61,896 nt of DNA. It comes from Eledone cirrhosa. Taxonomy: Eukaryota. The stretch is taken from NCBI GenBank assembly GCA_964016885.1, contig CAXHJY010001220.1:1-61896 (forward strand), written 5' to 3'. This document shows positions 1 through 14,924 of the stretch, piece after piece. A program made the position numbers and the translations under genes. The notes beneath the pieces are model-generated. The model made no database searches. It had not been told where the DNA came from and saw nothing but the letters and a program-made list of their open reading frames with translations. The first letter of the stretch is position 1. Each line of letters opens with the position of its first letter.

Positions 1-228
1 AGGTTTCCTACACGAGTGAAAGTATAAGGAAAAATTATGAAATCGAAAATGCAACTGGAGTCTTTTTTTTTAAATATATATATTTATTTGGTTCCTTTTC
101 CGGTTTCGCAGTTCTTCTGCTTTTCAAAAGTAGAATTGAGATGGAGGGTCTGTGGTTTTTCTCACATGGTTTTTCTCACATTTAAAAAAGACTACTATTG
201 CATTTTCGATTTCATCTTTTTTCCTTAT
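1..228 (-). mobile_element. PLE-type terminal fragment (family E) with short fold-back arm; cut by window edge
   Basis: 1-180 is the reverse complement of 14680-14850; 181-228 re-inverts part of it and ends at TTCCTTATAT into (TA)n; hammerhead motif at ~93-130 (-) has its cleavage triplet mutated to GAA. Confidence 0.7.
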
Positions 229-382
229 ATATATATATTATGAATTATGAATTACTGTTGGCTTCTTGCTCACATTAATTTCTCTATTTTCATATATATA
301 TATATATATAATACATATATAATACATATATATATATATATATAATGTAATATATATATATTATACATATATATATAATATA

Positions 383-499
<117 letters not shown>

Positions 500-730
500 T
501 GTATATATATATATTATATAATATATATATATATAATATACTTACTTAGTAAAACATCTCGTCTAATCATGACAAAGTAGATACAAAAATGATGTTGGTG
601 AACATAAATCCCGAACTTTACACGATCTCACTGATACACACCACTTATTTCAAACCACAGGAGGGCCTGTCATTTTCTTCTGCCACACATGTGCACTACT
701 AACGACCCCTCAGATGATGATGGTGATGAT

Positions 731-916
731 GTGTAAAGGGAGGTAAGAATGACGACAAAGGGAGAGAAAAAAAGATGAGATGGGGAGGGTTATACTTACT
801 TACTAAGTAAAGTAAAGTAAAGTAAAGTAAAGTACGTAAGTAACTACCCCCTCCCAAACTCTCATCTGTCTCTTCGCCTTTTTTCTCCACTGTCGTCATC
901 CTTACCTCCCTTACAC
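731..916. repeat. Imperfect inverted repeat (MITE-like hairpin) with (AGTAA)n core
   Basis: GTGTAAAGGGAGGTAAGAATGACGACA... pairs with ...TGTCGTCATCCTTACCTCCCTTACAC. Confidence 0.55.
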
Positions 917-1109
917 GTAAGTACCCCCCACCCCCACCTCCACCCCCTAGTCGATCTGCAACTTAACAACAACCATTCAACTTCTCTCTCCCCCCTCCCC
1001 TCCCCCCATCTCATCTGTCTCGTCGCCTAATGTTTCCCTCTAATTAAAACAATAGCTCTTTTATTGCAAAAACACATTGGACAGTGAAGTCTTCATCTAT
1101 AACTATGAA

Positions 1110-1298
1110 GAGCGGTGAATTGGCAGTATCGGTAGAGGGTTGGACGCCATGCTTTCTAGCATAGTTACGTCCCTTTACAGTCTGAGTTCAAATCCGGTGA
1201 GGTTAACTTTGCCTTTCATCCTTACGGGGGTCGATAAAATAAAGTACCAGTAATGTACTGGGTAATTGCTGGCCTTGTGCCTAAAGTAGAAACAATTA
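1110..1298 (+). mobile_element. tRNA-derived SINE, main family (~190 bp; Nin-like central domain)
   Basis: A-box-like TGGCAGTATCGG, B-box-like GAGTTCAAATCC, central CTTTGCCTTTCATCCTTACGGGGTCGATAAAATAAAGTACCAG; >25 related copies in the window. Confidence 0.85.
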
Positions 1299-1371
1299 TA
1301 TATATATATGTATTATATATATATTATATATATATTATATATATAATATATATATATACTACATCATTATG

Positions 1372-1794
1372 ATCTGAGTTCAAATCCCGCCGGGGTAAAC
1401 TTTGCCTTTCATCCTTACGGGGGTCGATAAAATAAAGTACCAGTAATGTACTGGGTAATTGCTGGCCTTGTGCCTAAAGTAGAAACAATTATTATGAAGA
1501 ACGAAATAACCATCAGCTGTGAAATCTTGTATGAATTAATTCCATCTCAAAATTCCATCTCAAGTAAAAATGGATATTTTGAGAAAAAATTATTTTATAA
1601 TATAATTCATAGTTTGCATTATATGACTTATTGTGAATTAATATATATACTCTGTGGGAGGATGCACATATTTTCGTTCACATTGATCAAATGTACAATT
1701 GTTTCTACTTTTGACACAAGGCCAGCAATTACTCCAGTGCATTACTGGTATTTTATTTTATCGACCCAGTAAGGATGAATGGCAAAGTTAACTT
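1372..1794. mobile_element. Two partial SINE copies (1372-1492 +, 1697-1794 -)
   Basis: Match the 3' part of the SINE at 1110-1298. Confidence 0.8.
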
Positions 1795-1825
1795 ATATAT
1801 ATATATATATAATATATATATATAT

Positions 1826-2019
1826 ATAGGAACAAGTAAGACCCCGACGGCTGAGCTCAAGCCGTTTCGACGGCTAATTCTGGACTCAGAATTAGCCGTC
1901 GAAACGGCTTGAGCTCAGCCGTCGGGGTCTTACTTGTTCCTATTACCCACTCTTCTACCCTAAGTATTGAGTACTTTGGTGCGTTATGGTCCACCTGCTT
2001 CCTTACCACATTTCCTTCG

Positions 2020-2021
<2 letters not shown>
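1826..2021 (+). mobile_element. PLE-type terminal hairpin (family G) in (TA)n: ~57-bp perfect arms plus ~78-nt tail
   Basis: 1826-1882 is the exact reverse complement of 1887-1943; contains the 3' half of a hammerhead (GAAACGGC..GCCGTC); (TA)n on both sides. Confidence 0.7.
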
Positions 2022-2070
<49 letters not shown>

Positions 2071-2074
<4 letters not shown>

Positions 2075-2225
2075 TATGTATACGTACATACATATATGTA
2101 TACAGACGTACAGTAGTATGTGTATATATATACATACATGCACACATATATATATATGTACGTATGGATTTAAGTAACAGCCGTACTAACAGTGGGAAAT
2201 GATATTTTGTTTCATTTTTCCGTTT

Positions 2226-2229
<4 letters not shown>
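2071..2229 (+). mobile_element. TA-embedded terminal fragment (family H), related to 23568-23742
   Basis: Shared AAGTAACAGCCGTACTAA tail and GTATACAGACGTACAGTAGTATG segment. Confidence 0.55.
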
Positions 2230-2287
<58 letters not shown>

Positions 2288-2351
2288 CATATATATTATA
2301 TAGATATATTATATATATACTTACTGTCCAAATAATCATCTATTATTTCAG

Positions 2352-2456
2352 ACCTTGAATGACATGGGGGATTTGAAGCAGCTCGTGTCTAAAAAAAGAT
2401 TAGCTGCTGAACAGGAAATAAATCGATACTCTATAAGTTTTGAGTTTGAAAAGTAA
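2352..2456 (+). CDS. Candidate host coding exon, possibly terminal: TLNDMGDLKQLVSKKRLAAEQEINRYSISFEFEK*
   Basis: Preceded by TATTATTTCAG acceptor; 34 stop-free codons; followed by non-repetitive AT-rich UTR-like DNA containing AATAAA; protein not recognised. Confidence 0.4.
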   Translation, partial: TLNDMGDLKQLVSKKRLAAEQEINRYSISFEFEK

Positions 2457-3501
2457 AAAAAAGGTTATTTTTAAAGAAATTAAACGATAATTAATTCAGC
2501 TGAAATATTTAATGTTTAATTCGACATCATTTAGCTAAAACTAGTGTAACCCATTTGGTCTTGCTTTTTTTCTCCTCCCCACTCTCACCTTTGACTGATT
2601 TTTGAAGCCCTTCTAAGTTTATAGTCAGGAAACATATACGTATATATTAACATAAAATATACACATTTATTTATTTCACTGTACTATTATTTCCCGTTAA
2701 ACAAGTTTAAATATATTGAAATAGCTATTCCTTTAAAAGGTACACTTGATAAAATTCAAATTTTTATCTATTTATTAAAACGTTAAACGAGAACATTTTT
2801 ATTATTATTATTATTGTAAAGAGACACGTTTGATACAAATAGTATAGTCAGGTTCTATTTTTCCCATCGAGATGATACTGTAAATATTATTTTTTTCTTT
2901 ACAGGATTTGGGGTAAATAAATAAATTGAAAAGCATACATTTTTTTATCATTATTATGACAGTAATAACTGTAGGGCATTCTATTTTGGGTGAAGCCTTA
3001 AACCAAATGCTGATAGTTAACATAACGTTGTATATATTTTATCTCAAGCCATACATAGCTAAGTAAATGAAAATAAATTTCCAGTTGGCTTTAGCTTAAA
3101 ATTATAATTACTATTTTCCCGTGTTATATATAAACATGCATAGACAATTAGACACGGAACTTGATTGAATTGGCAGTAAACGGGATATATTTAGAAGATA
3201 TGAAAATTCAACATTTGCTTCAAGCAAAAATTAAAAGTAATAACTCAAACGTTAATTATATATGCAAGTATAAATTTTCAAAACCTACATAATTGTTTCT
3301 ACTTTAGGCACAAGGCCATCAATTACCCAGTGCATTACTGGTACTTTATTTTATCGACCCGGTAAGGATGAAAGGCAAAGTCAACCTCGGCAGGATTTGA
3401 ACTCAGATCGTAAAGGGACGTAACTATGCTGGAAAACATGGCGTCCGACCCTCTACCGATACTGCCAATCCTGTATTATATAAAGAGACATTCCGATCCA
3501 T

Positions 3502-3738
3502 CTAAGGATCTTTAGCTCCTGACAGAGTTGTAGGGTCTAAACACAACCAAATTAAACACTAATTTTATATGTGCGTTATCGTATAATCTTTGAAAAATTA
3601 CATAATTTATTCTATAAAGATGCATGCCCATCAGGCTAAGGGTCCTTCACTCTTGGTAGAGTGGCGGGGTCTAACCACAGCCAAATTAAACGATAATCAT
3701 ATGTAAATTATTCTATAATCTTTGAAAAACTACTTAAT
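3502..3738 (+). repeat. Two diverged tandem copies of a ~130-bp unit
   Basis: CTAAGG..GGGTCTAA.CACA.CCAAATTAAAC..TATAATCTTTGAAAAA occurs twice. Confidence 0.6.
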
Positions 3739-4184
3739 AGTGTCTACATTTAGCACAATGCTAGCAATTTGAAGGTAAGAGTAAAGCGTCGGTTAATTCG
3801 ACCCCCGTGGGTTACAGGTACTTTATTTTATCAGCCCTGTAAGGATGAAAGGCAATGCTAACCTCGGCAGGATTTGAATTCAGAACGGAAAGGACTGTAA
3901 CTGTATGCTGCTCTAACGGTATTTATATTTATCGATGACATGTGGATTGGCGGTCTGAGTTCAAATCCCGCCGAAGTTAACTTTGTCTTTCATCCTTACG
4001 GGGTCGATAAAATAAAGTACCAGTAATGCACTGGATAATTGCTGGCCTTGTGCCAAAATTAGAAACAATTATTTTAACAAACATTTCTCTGAAGAGTCCA
4101 TGTGGGTGAAACATTATGTAAGATTTATATAAACAACTTGTTTTAACAGCTTGCACCCCTTCATTCATTCATTTTTTATATAAG

Positions 4185-4380
4185 CATATAAATATATATA
4201 CAGAAAGAAATAACAAAGCAAACGATACAATCAGTACAATGAAGAAATATATTAGTTTTACACATGGAATAGTAGGAAAAGAGTCTTAAAGTTTCGACAC
4301 TAGTCCTTCATCAAAAGGCAGAATGAGAAATAAAATATCAAATAGAAGGATAGAAAGTGAGAAGAGAAATGAACAGAAAA
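4185..4380 (-). mobile_element. PLE-type repeat with degenerate hammerhead (TGATGAAGGACTAGTGTCGAAAC), related to 16905-17095
   Basis: Reverse complement aligns with 16905-17095, including the GGAC-TAGT-GTCC stem and GAAA. Confidence 0.55.
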
Positions 4381-5335
4381 AATTGGCAGTATTGGTAGAG
4401 GGTCGGACGCCATGCTTTGACGCATAGAGTTACGGCCCTTGCCATTCTGAGTTCAAATTCTGCCGAGGTTAACTTTGCCTTTCATCCTTATGGGGTCGAT
4501 AAAATAAAGTACCAGTAATACACTGTGTAATTGCTGGCCTTGTGCCAAAAGTAGAAACAATTATTATTATTGGAGTGTTAACATTGGTTTGATTCAATGG
4601 TGTATAACTTATATCTTAAGATTTTAACCAACTCTTTTCATAACAAAGATAGGTGTAAACACCTTGTGTTTATAATAACCATAATCGTGGAGAGAAAATG
4701 ATGGATCAGCCGGATTAGTTTGAAACCTATTTTAGAGTTTCATCAGCGACAAGGTTAGCCTGGGTTTTGCATATATAATGCATATATAACTTGTCAGGCT
4801 GATACTCCATTTCTATCAACAAAGATAATGTATTGAAAGTAAGTGAAGCTATTTACATACGACTATTACATGCAGTGTTGGCTAAAATCTGTGTGGTTGT
4901 AGTTGTACTTACTGGAACAGCTAGCTTCCTATGTATCAAATATCTCCTGATCAGAGATCTAATCCCAACACACACACACAAGCCAATCCGATCCAAGATA
5001 GAAACGACTTAACAACGATGTTTTTGAAGATGTTCTTACTACACAGTGGGTTAAAGAATTCATAACATATTAATATATCAGACATAACCATCAATATGTT
5101 CATATTCTTGTGGATGTGGATATTTCTTGTCTATACATCTAATTAAAGTATGATCTTGCTTTCCTAGGCATTATAGAAATAAGACTCTCTTCTCACAACT
5201 GAAGTCGTTGACCAATGCCCGCGAGGCAACCAAACACGTTGTCGAACTAAGTGTTCACTACAGCGGATAGACATATATACTTAATTCGGAGGAGATAAGA
5301 TCATGGACTCAGTCTGCCGTTAACAATATCAGCAA

Positions 5336-5388
<53 letters not shown>

Positions 5389-5961
5389 GTGTGCGTGTGC
5401 ATGTGTGTAACTTTTGCATTTGTATCCGTAGCTACAATTAAATGTAGGTGACGTCTTAAAGGTACAAATATATTCTTTTTATCTATGTATGTATGTAAAT
5501 ATATATATATATATATGATAGAGAGAGAGAGAGGGGGTAAGTATGTAGTTACATAGATATAGATATTTTTATGTATGTGTGTATATATATATATATATGA
5601 AAGAGAGAGAGAGAGAGGGGGTAAGTATGTAGTTACATAGATATAGATATTTTTATGTATGTGTGTATATATATATATATGTATCAGAAAACTAAAAATG
5701 TATCTACCGTTTCTTACGAACTTTTATATATATATCAACTTAATCCTACTCGATATTTGTAAACTTTAATAATTGCATTTCTCATATTCTCTTTAACACT
5801 AATATAAAGTCGAGCGTACAAGGAATCCCTTATACGGTCGGTTGACCAGCTAAAAATAGTAGTGTACCTTCCTCAAATCAGACCAACTGTCTTAAAAATG
5901 GAAGGAAAACAATGTATAACATAGCTAAAGAAAACGCTATGTATGAGTAAAAACACATTTG

Positions 5962-6620
5962 ATCATCACCATCATCATCCGGTGACCTCAGCCGAAATCG
6001 ACTCAACAATTGATCTCCACGTGGGTCTGTCGTTCATTGCCATTGCCAAGTCCTGGATTTCAATACCAGAATCTCTAGAGCTGACATCGGGTTAGGATTG
6101 CTTGCGCCCCCTGCTATTAGTGACTGCTTGTGGTTTCCAAAACACAAATGGGGGACACAGCCTCATAGTTGACACGATGGCAATGGCCAGCAAATCTTAC
6201 TCTCCTTTTACGTACAACGACAGATATGCGTGGGAGGCCAGCCTATATTTCTTTCAAAGTCAGATGTCGCCAGCTTATGTTCTGAATGTGTTAAAGCAGG
6301 CGAGTGTAGGTGCCATCAAGGTGCTTTTGTTGTTTGGATGAAAGCATCCATGTTTCACTTCCATATAGCAAGATTGGTTGAATTGTTACTTGGAAGAGTC
6401 TGATCTTGGTGTGGTTGGAAAGATTTGAGCGCCAATCTCGATCCATTTTGTTGCAAGCTGACCATGCATGGGCCTTTCTGGTGGTGAAATCCTTTTCAGA
6501 GTCCATGATCCAAGCTACTTGAAATCCTCGACTGCCGTTTATTGCTTTGATGCTGTTGCCTGTACAGTTTGATATGTATTCTGTTTTACCCTGCTCATTT
6601 AATGGCTGACCTGTGGCTAA
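5962..6620 (-). mobile_element. RTE-clade LINE, 3' fragment (frameshifted RT thumb/C-terminus) with (GAT)n tail
   Basis: RKAHAWSACNKM..WRSNLS..TKIRLF..TIQPILLYGSETW..LDGTYTRLL is a typical RTE ORF motif; ends in (CAT)n on +. Confidence 0.85.
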
Positions 6621-6636
6621 ACAATAACAAATAAAA

Positions 6637-7198
6637 TAATTGTTTCTACTTTTGGCACAAGGCCAACAATTACCCAATACATTACTGGTACTTTATTTTA
6701 TCGACCCCCGTATGGATGAAAGGCAAAGTTAACCTCGACGGATTTGAACTCAGACCGTAAAGGGACGTACCTATGCTGGAAAGCATGGCGTCCAACCCTC
6801 TACCGAAACTGCCAATTCACCGCCCTTAACATATAAAATAATTGTTTCTACTTTTGGCACAAGGCCAGCAATTATCCCAGTGCATTACTGGTACTTTACT
6901 TTATCAACCCCGTAAGGATGAAAGGCAAAGTTAACCTCGGCGGGATTTGAACTCAGATCATAAAGGGAGGTAAATCTATGCTTCAAAGCATGGTGTCCGA
7001 CGCTCTATATAAAATAATTGTTTCTACATTTGGCACAAGGCCAGCAATTACCCAGTGTATTACTGGTACTTTATTTTATCGACCCGTAAGGATGAAAGGC
7101 AAAGTTAACCTCGGCGGGATTTGAACTCAGAATGGAAAGGGCTGTAACTCTTTGCGTCAAAGCATGGCGTCCGACTCTCTACCGATACTGCCAATCCA
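6637..7198 (-). mobile_element. Head-to-tail SINE trimer
   Basis: Three copies at ~6637-6827, 6838-7005 and 7014-7198. Confidence 0.85.
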
Positions 7199-7254
7199 CA
7201 AAATAATGTTTGCAAATACATAGTGGAAGAGTCATTTCAAAGATGCATTAGTCG

Positions 7255-7581
7255 TGGGGGAGTCGTATGGTTGCCGTATTGACATACTACGTTTCTAGGA
7301 CATTTTTCTTTTTAAACATGGTGTATCCCATCTCCTCTCCAGGTCCGAATACAGCGGAATTTTTCCAGAGAAGGCTAAGAGAGAGTGAGAGAATGGAAGT
7401 GAGAAAGAGATATAGAGGAAGAATCGACCCCAGTACTAGACTGGTACTTTTTCTTATCGAACTCGAATAACTGAAAGGCAAAGTTGACCTCTGTGGAATT
7501 AGAACTCATAGAGCAGAGAGTCAAAACGAATACCGGAAAGCTTTCTATCTAACGTTCTTACGACTCAGCCAATTCTCCGCC
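7255..7581 (-). mobile_element. SINE variant with a long 3' extension (CACTTCCATT / TCTGGAAGAAATCTG)
   Basis: Same head and central domain, different tail; related copies at 19620-19850 (-), 24635-25095 (+), 47590-48350 (+). Confidence 0.7.
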
Positions 7582-7656
7582 ATATTTTAAACATACAAAA
7601 CCATCAAAACTAAAAGTGGATATAACCTCTCTCTCTCTCTCTCTCTCTCTCACTCA

Positions 7657-7702
<46 letters not shown>

Positions 7703-7936
7703 CTTTCTCTGTGCAGACGCGTTTTATTTATTTATCCCATTGCTAAAATGACTCTTCCGTGATGTAATTGTTCTAATTTTAAGAGATGATTTCAAATAAA
7801 CCAAGTACATCTCAGAAATATAAGTGTAGCAATTTAATTGTCATGTAAGTTGAATCTGGGATTTTTCTTTTTCTTCTTTAATACACTTAGTTGGCTTCCA
7901 GAACTTTCTTAATGTTGCATTGATGACCAGCCTAGG

Positions 7937-9983
<2,047 letters not shown>

Positions 9984-10121
9984 AATTAAAATACTAGAGT
10001 GTGTTGGAGTTAAGCACCCTCTTCATATTATAGAAATGACAGTAAAGATATAGCTCAATGTAATTAAACAGAGCCGAAGAATTATGAAAATAAACCAAAG
10101 AAGCCTTCAATACATCAAAAG

Positions 10122-10177
10122 TCTTTATTAGCCAACAATGTTTCGTCCTATTAAGGACTCATCAGGGCAAGTAAAGC
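10122..10177 (-). ncRNA. Minimal type I hammerhead ribozyme
   Basis: GCC-CUGAUGA-GUCC(uuaaua)GGAC-GAAAC(auu)GUU-GGC: canonical core, stems I and II pair. Confidence 0.8.
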
Positions 10178-10600
10178 TATAAGAAGCACTATCGCCAATA
10201 CAAGCCAAAAACTCAGAAGAATATGGAGTATACATACATTAAAGCATAGGAAAATTATCAAGTAAAAATTGCTAAGGAAGTGAATAACATTTTGAACCCA
10301 TATTACAAATATAGTACAATGCAAAATTACAGTACGATATATAATATAATATAATATAATATAATTGATAATGATAATAATAATAATATTAAAAGGCCCA
10401 ATATACATATATATATATATATACATATGTATATATATATATATATATATATATCAATACACATATCCATCAATACAAACACAAACTAACACTTATTAAG
10501 AGTTTAAATATAAATATAATACATATATTATTTACAGTATAAAATATACTCCATATTCTTCTGAGTCTTTGGCTTGTATTGGCCGATAGTGCTTCTTATA

Positions 10601-10656
10601 GCTTTACTTGCCCTGATGAGTCCTTAATAGGATGAAACATTGTTGGCTAATAAAGA
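10601..10656 (+). ncRNA. Minimal type I hammerhead ribozyme (inverted copy; GGAC>GGAT wobble)
   Basis: GCCCTGATGAGTCCTTAATAGGATGAAACATTGTTGGC. Confidence 0.7.
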
Positions 10657-10695
10657 CTTTTGATGTATTGAAGGCTTCTTTGGTTTATTTTCATA

Positions 10696-10810
<115 letters not shown>

Positions 10811-10859
10811 CACATATACATATATATATATATACATATACATATATATATACATATAC

Positions 10860-10910
<51 letters not shown>

Positions 10911-10914
10911 CAAT

Positions 10915-11016
<102 letters not shown>

Positions 11017-11032
11017 CTAAATATATATATAT

Positions 11033-11922
11033 ATATTGTTATACTTTGGGAGGGTCATGTTGCCAATAAGAAACACACGCACCAGTTGTTTCACTTCAAT
11101 TTATTATATATTTATATATTTATAAATTTACAAATCTACAAATCTATAAATTTCTGGTTGGTTGGTTGGTTCCACAACCAGATAGTTGTTTATATATAGT
11201 CATAGTCCTTTCGTCACACACTCTGTGACCTCTTCAGTGACTGGGGATTCCTTTCTTTGTTTCTGTGCCTTTCCTTTCTTCTGTCCTACGCCATTTTGTT
11301 TCTGTGTGTGTGTTGTGTGCTCAGTTTGCGCATGCGCCACATCCGGGTGTCTGTGTGTGTTTGTGTTCATTTATCTATTTGTTTATTTATTTACATGTTG
11401 TTGGTTGGTTGTTTGTTCTATGTGTGTGTGTGTTTTCATTTTGTCCTTAATTGTAAGTTGTGATGTTGCTGTTCCACTCATATTTTCTATTTAATTTTGG
11501 TTGTAATTCTTTTATGTTTACTGCCTCTGTAATTTGTCTAAACATTGCATCTTTTCTGTGTCTAGATTCTATTTTTATTTCTATGCTCTCTAATTTACCC
11601 TTGTGTTCTATCTTAGCATGTTGGTAGAGTACAGATGATTCTTTATTATCTTGAAGGTCTCGCCAGTGTTCATTTATCCGTTGCCCTATACTACGAGCTG
11701 TCCCACCTATGTACACTATATTTTTGTTTCTACATTGTCCTTCAATACATCTTATGCTATACACTACATTTCTAGTTTTACAGTTAATATGGGGGCTTAT
11801 TTTACAGGTTATACATTTCTTATCTATACATGAGGGTCTTTGGAACGGGTATGTCTTGCTAATAAGTGTTTTTACGGAGGTACCTGGTCTTTCTACTATC
11901 TTAATATTGAGTTTATGTTTAT
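11033..11922 (-). mobile_element. Neptune-type PLE 3' fragment (family B) inside a (TA)n array
   Basis: GIY-YIG coding region plus 3' UTR with hammerhead; ends at ATGACCCTCCCAAAGTATAACAATAT into (TA)n. Confidence 0.88.
11198..11242 (-). ncRNA. Minimal hammerhead ribozyme in PLE 3' UTR
   Basis: AGUCA-CUGAAGA-G-GUCACA(gagug)UGUGAC-GAAAG(ga)CUA-UGACU; 5-bp stem I, 6-bp stem II. Confidence 0.75.
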
Positions 11923-11923
11923 T
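11447..11923 (-). pseudogene. PLE Cys-rich linker + GIY-YIG endonuclease, 5'-truncated
   Basis: C..KKCITC...[13 protein letters not shown]...[16 protein letters not shown]...[16 protein letters not shown]; clearly homologous to the C-terminus of 55123-57441. Confidence 0.9.
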
Positions 11924-11926
11924 ATA

Positions 11927-11984
<58 letters not shown>

Positions 11985-11997
11985 CATATATATATAC

Positions 11998-12050
<53 letters not shown>

Positions 12051-12079
12051 CATATATATATATACATATATATATATAC

Positions 12080-12144
<65 letters not shown>

Positions 12145-12145
12145 C

Positions 12146-12224
<79 letters not shown>

Positions 12225-12273
12225 TACATATATATACATATATATATATATACATATATACATATATATATAC

Positions 12274-12304
<31 letters not shown>

Positions 12305-12351
12305 GACATATATTAATATATATATATATATATACATATATACATATATAT

Positions 12352-12430
<79 letters not shown>

Positions 12431-12528
12431 CATATAAATATATACATATATGTATATATATATATATATGTATATATATATACATATATATATACATATA
12501 TATATACATATATATATATATACATATA

Positions 12529-12650
<122 letters not shown>

Positions 12651-12691
12651 CATATATATATATACATATATATATACATATATATATATAC

Positions 12692-12790
<99 letters not shown>

Positions 12791-13257
12791 GTAATAATAA
12801 TAAAATTGAAGACTAAAATCCAAAGAGGGCTCGATAAGGAAAATATATATCAAATATATAACAACCGTAGAGCAAATATTTATTAAATAACAGATTAAAG
12901 TTTAAGCAAAGAATCGCTACTTTCACCATTAACGGGATCTTCTGAAACTAACAAAGTCAATCTGTAAACGCAGAATTGGATATTTCAAAAAACGTTGCAA
13001 CCGGAGGAAGACAGGAAGACGCACACACATATTTATATGTTCGTGGTTTTGTATACCCATGGTAAGGTTTTGCGTATGCTTGTGTATGTACGATTCTGTT
13101 TGCGTGTATGTATTTATTTGTTTCTATTACTTCTGTATTGTATTTATTTACTTTGTTCTTAACTCTGTAGCGGAGATTAATTTTAGTCTACGACTTCTGC
13201 TATACCATTTACGTGGTTTTGTCTTATACATATATATATATACATATATATATATAC

Positions 13258-13484
<227 letters not shown>

Positions 13485-13527
13485 CATATATATATATACA
13501 TATATATATATACATATATATATATAC

Positions 13528-13558
<31 letters not shown>

Positions 13559-13571
13559 CATATATAAATAC

Positions 13572-13624
<53 letters not shown>

Positions 13625-13679
13625 CATATATGTATATATATATATACATATATATACATATACATATATACATATATAC

Positions 13680-13836
<157 letters not shown>

Positions 13837-13878
13837 CATATATATACATATATATATATATATATACATATATACATG

Positions 13879-13936
<58 letters not shown>

Positions 13937-14014
13937 CATATATATATATACATATATATATATATACATATATATATACATAGATATATATATATATACA
14001 TATATATATAATAT

Positions 14015-14049
<35 letters not shown>

Positions 14050-14217
14050 CATATATACATATATATATACACATATGTACATATATATACATATATATAC
14101 ATATATAAATACATATATATACATATATATATATACATATATATAAAGAAAAAGAGATGAAATCGAAAATGCAACTGGAGTCTTATTTTTTTTTTAAATA
14201 TATATATTTATTTGGTT

Positions 14218-14255
14218 CCTTTACCGGTTTCGCAGTTCTTCTGCTTTTCAAAAGG
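14218..14255 (-). ncRNA. Hammerhead ribozyme, U3:A8 core variant
   Basis: Reverse complement of 14715-14752. Confidence 0.75.
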
Positions 14256-14714
14256 TGAGTTGAGATGGAGGGTCTGTGGTTTTTCTCACATCTGGTTGAT
14301 CTCTGAATGTTACTTGTTTTATATGGAAAAAGTGGCTCGAAATTCCAGGTTTTTCGAGAAGTAATTTGATTGGTTTGTCAATAATTATAATAAATTTCGC
14401 GCCAGCTCGCGTTACAATAGTTCTTCAAATAAGAGGGGGGAGTTGTCACAGGTTGTTTTTTCATATATGAGTGTTTGAATTTCTTTTTACTTGAAAAAAG
14501 GAGGCTCACGAAGGCTTTTTTTTGGTTGGTTATAAATGAAATTTGGCTGTCACGTGAACAAGTTTTTATTACATTTTTGCGCCCTTATTTGGAAAACTAT
14601 TCTGTAGTCTTTATAGTGAATGTTATGACAATGGAGAGATAGTGGTCAGAAATGTTCTGGTTCAGTGAATATGGCCAGCTGTGAGAAAAACCACAGACCC
14701 TCCATCTCAACTCA

Positions 14715-14752
14715 CCTTTTGAAAAGCAGAAGAACTGCGAAACCGGTAAAGG
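14715..14752 (+). ncRNA. Hammerhead ribozyme, U3:A8 core variant
   Basis: CCUU-UUGAAAA-GCAG(aagaa)CUGC-GAAAC(cg)GUA-AAGG: all three stems pair; palindromic ACCGGU stem III; GUA triplet. Confidence 0.78.
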
Positions 14753-14892
14753 AACCAAATAAATATATATATTTTTTAAAAAATAAGACTCCAGTTGCAT
14801 TTTCGATTTCATCTCTTTTTCTTTATACTTTCACTCGTGTAGGACACCTCGGTTATTTTTCATTTTGTAAAAAAAACCTCACTTTCTAATAC

Positions 14893-14924
<32 letters not shown>

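Larger units (their letters stand above)
3290..4563. mobile_element. SINE cluster (3290-3470 -, 3738-3920 - diverged, 3942-4072 +, 4381-4563 +)
   Basis: Same A/B-box and central-domain sequence as 1110-1298. Confidence 0.8.
14145..14891. mobile_element. PLE-type fold-back insertion (family E) with two inverted hammerheads
   Basis: 14145-14290 is the reverse complement of 14680-14827; tail 14828-14891 on the right arm only; (TA)n on both sides. Confidence 0.82.
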
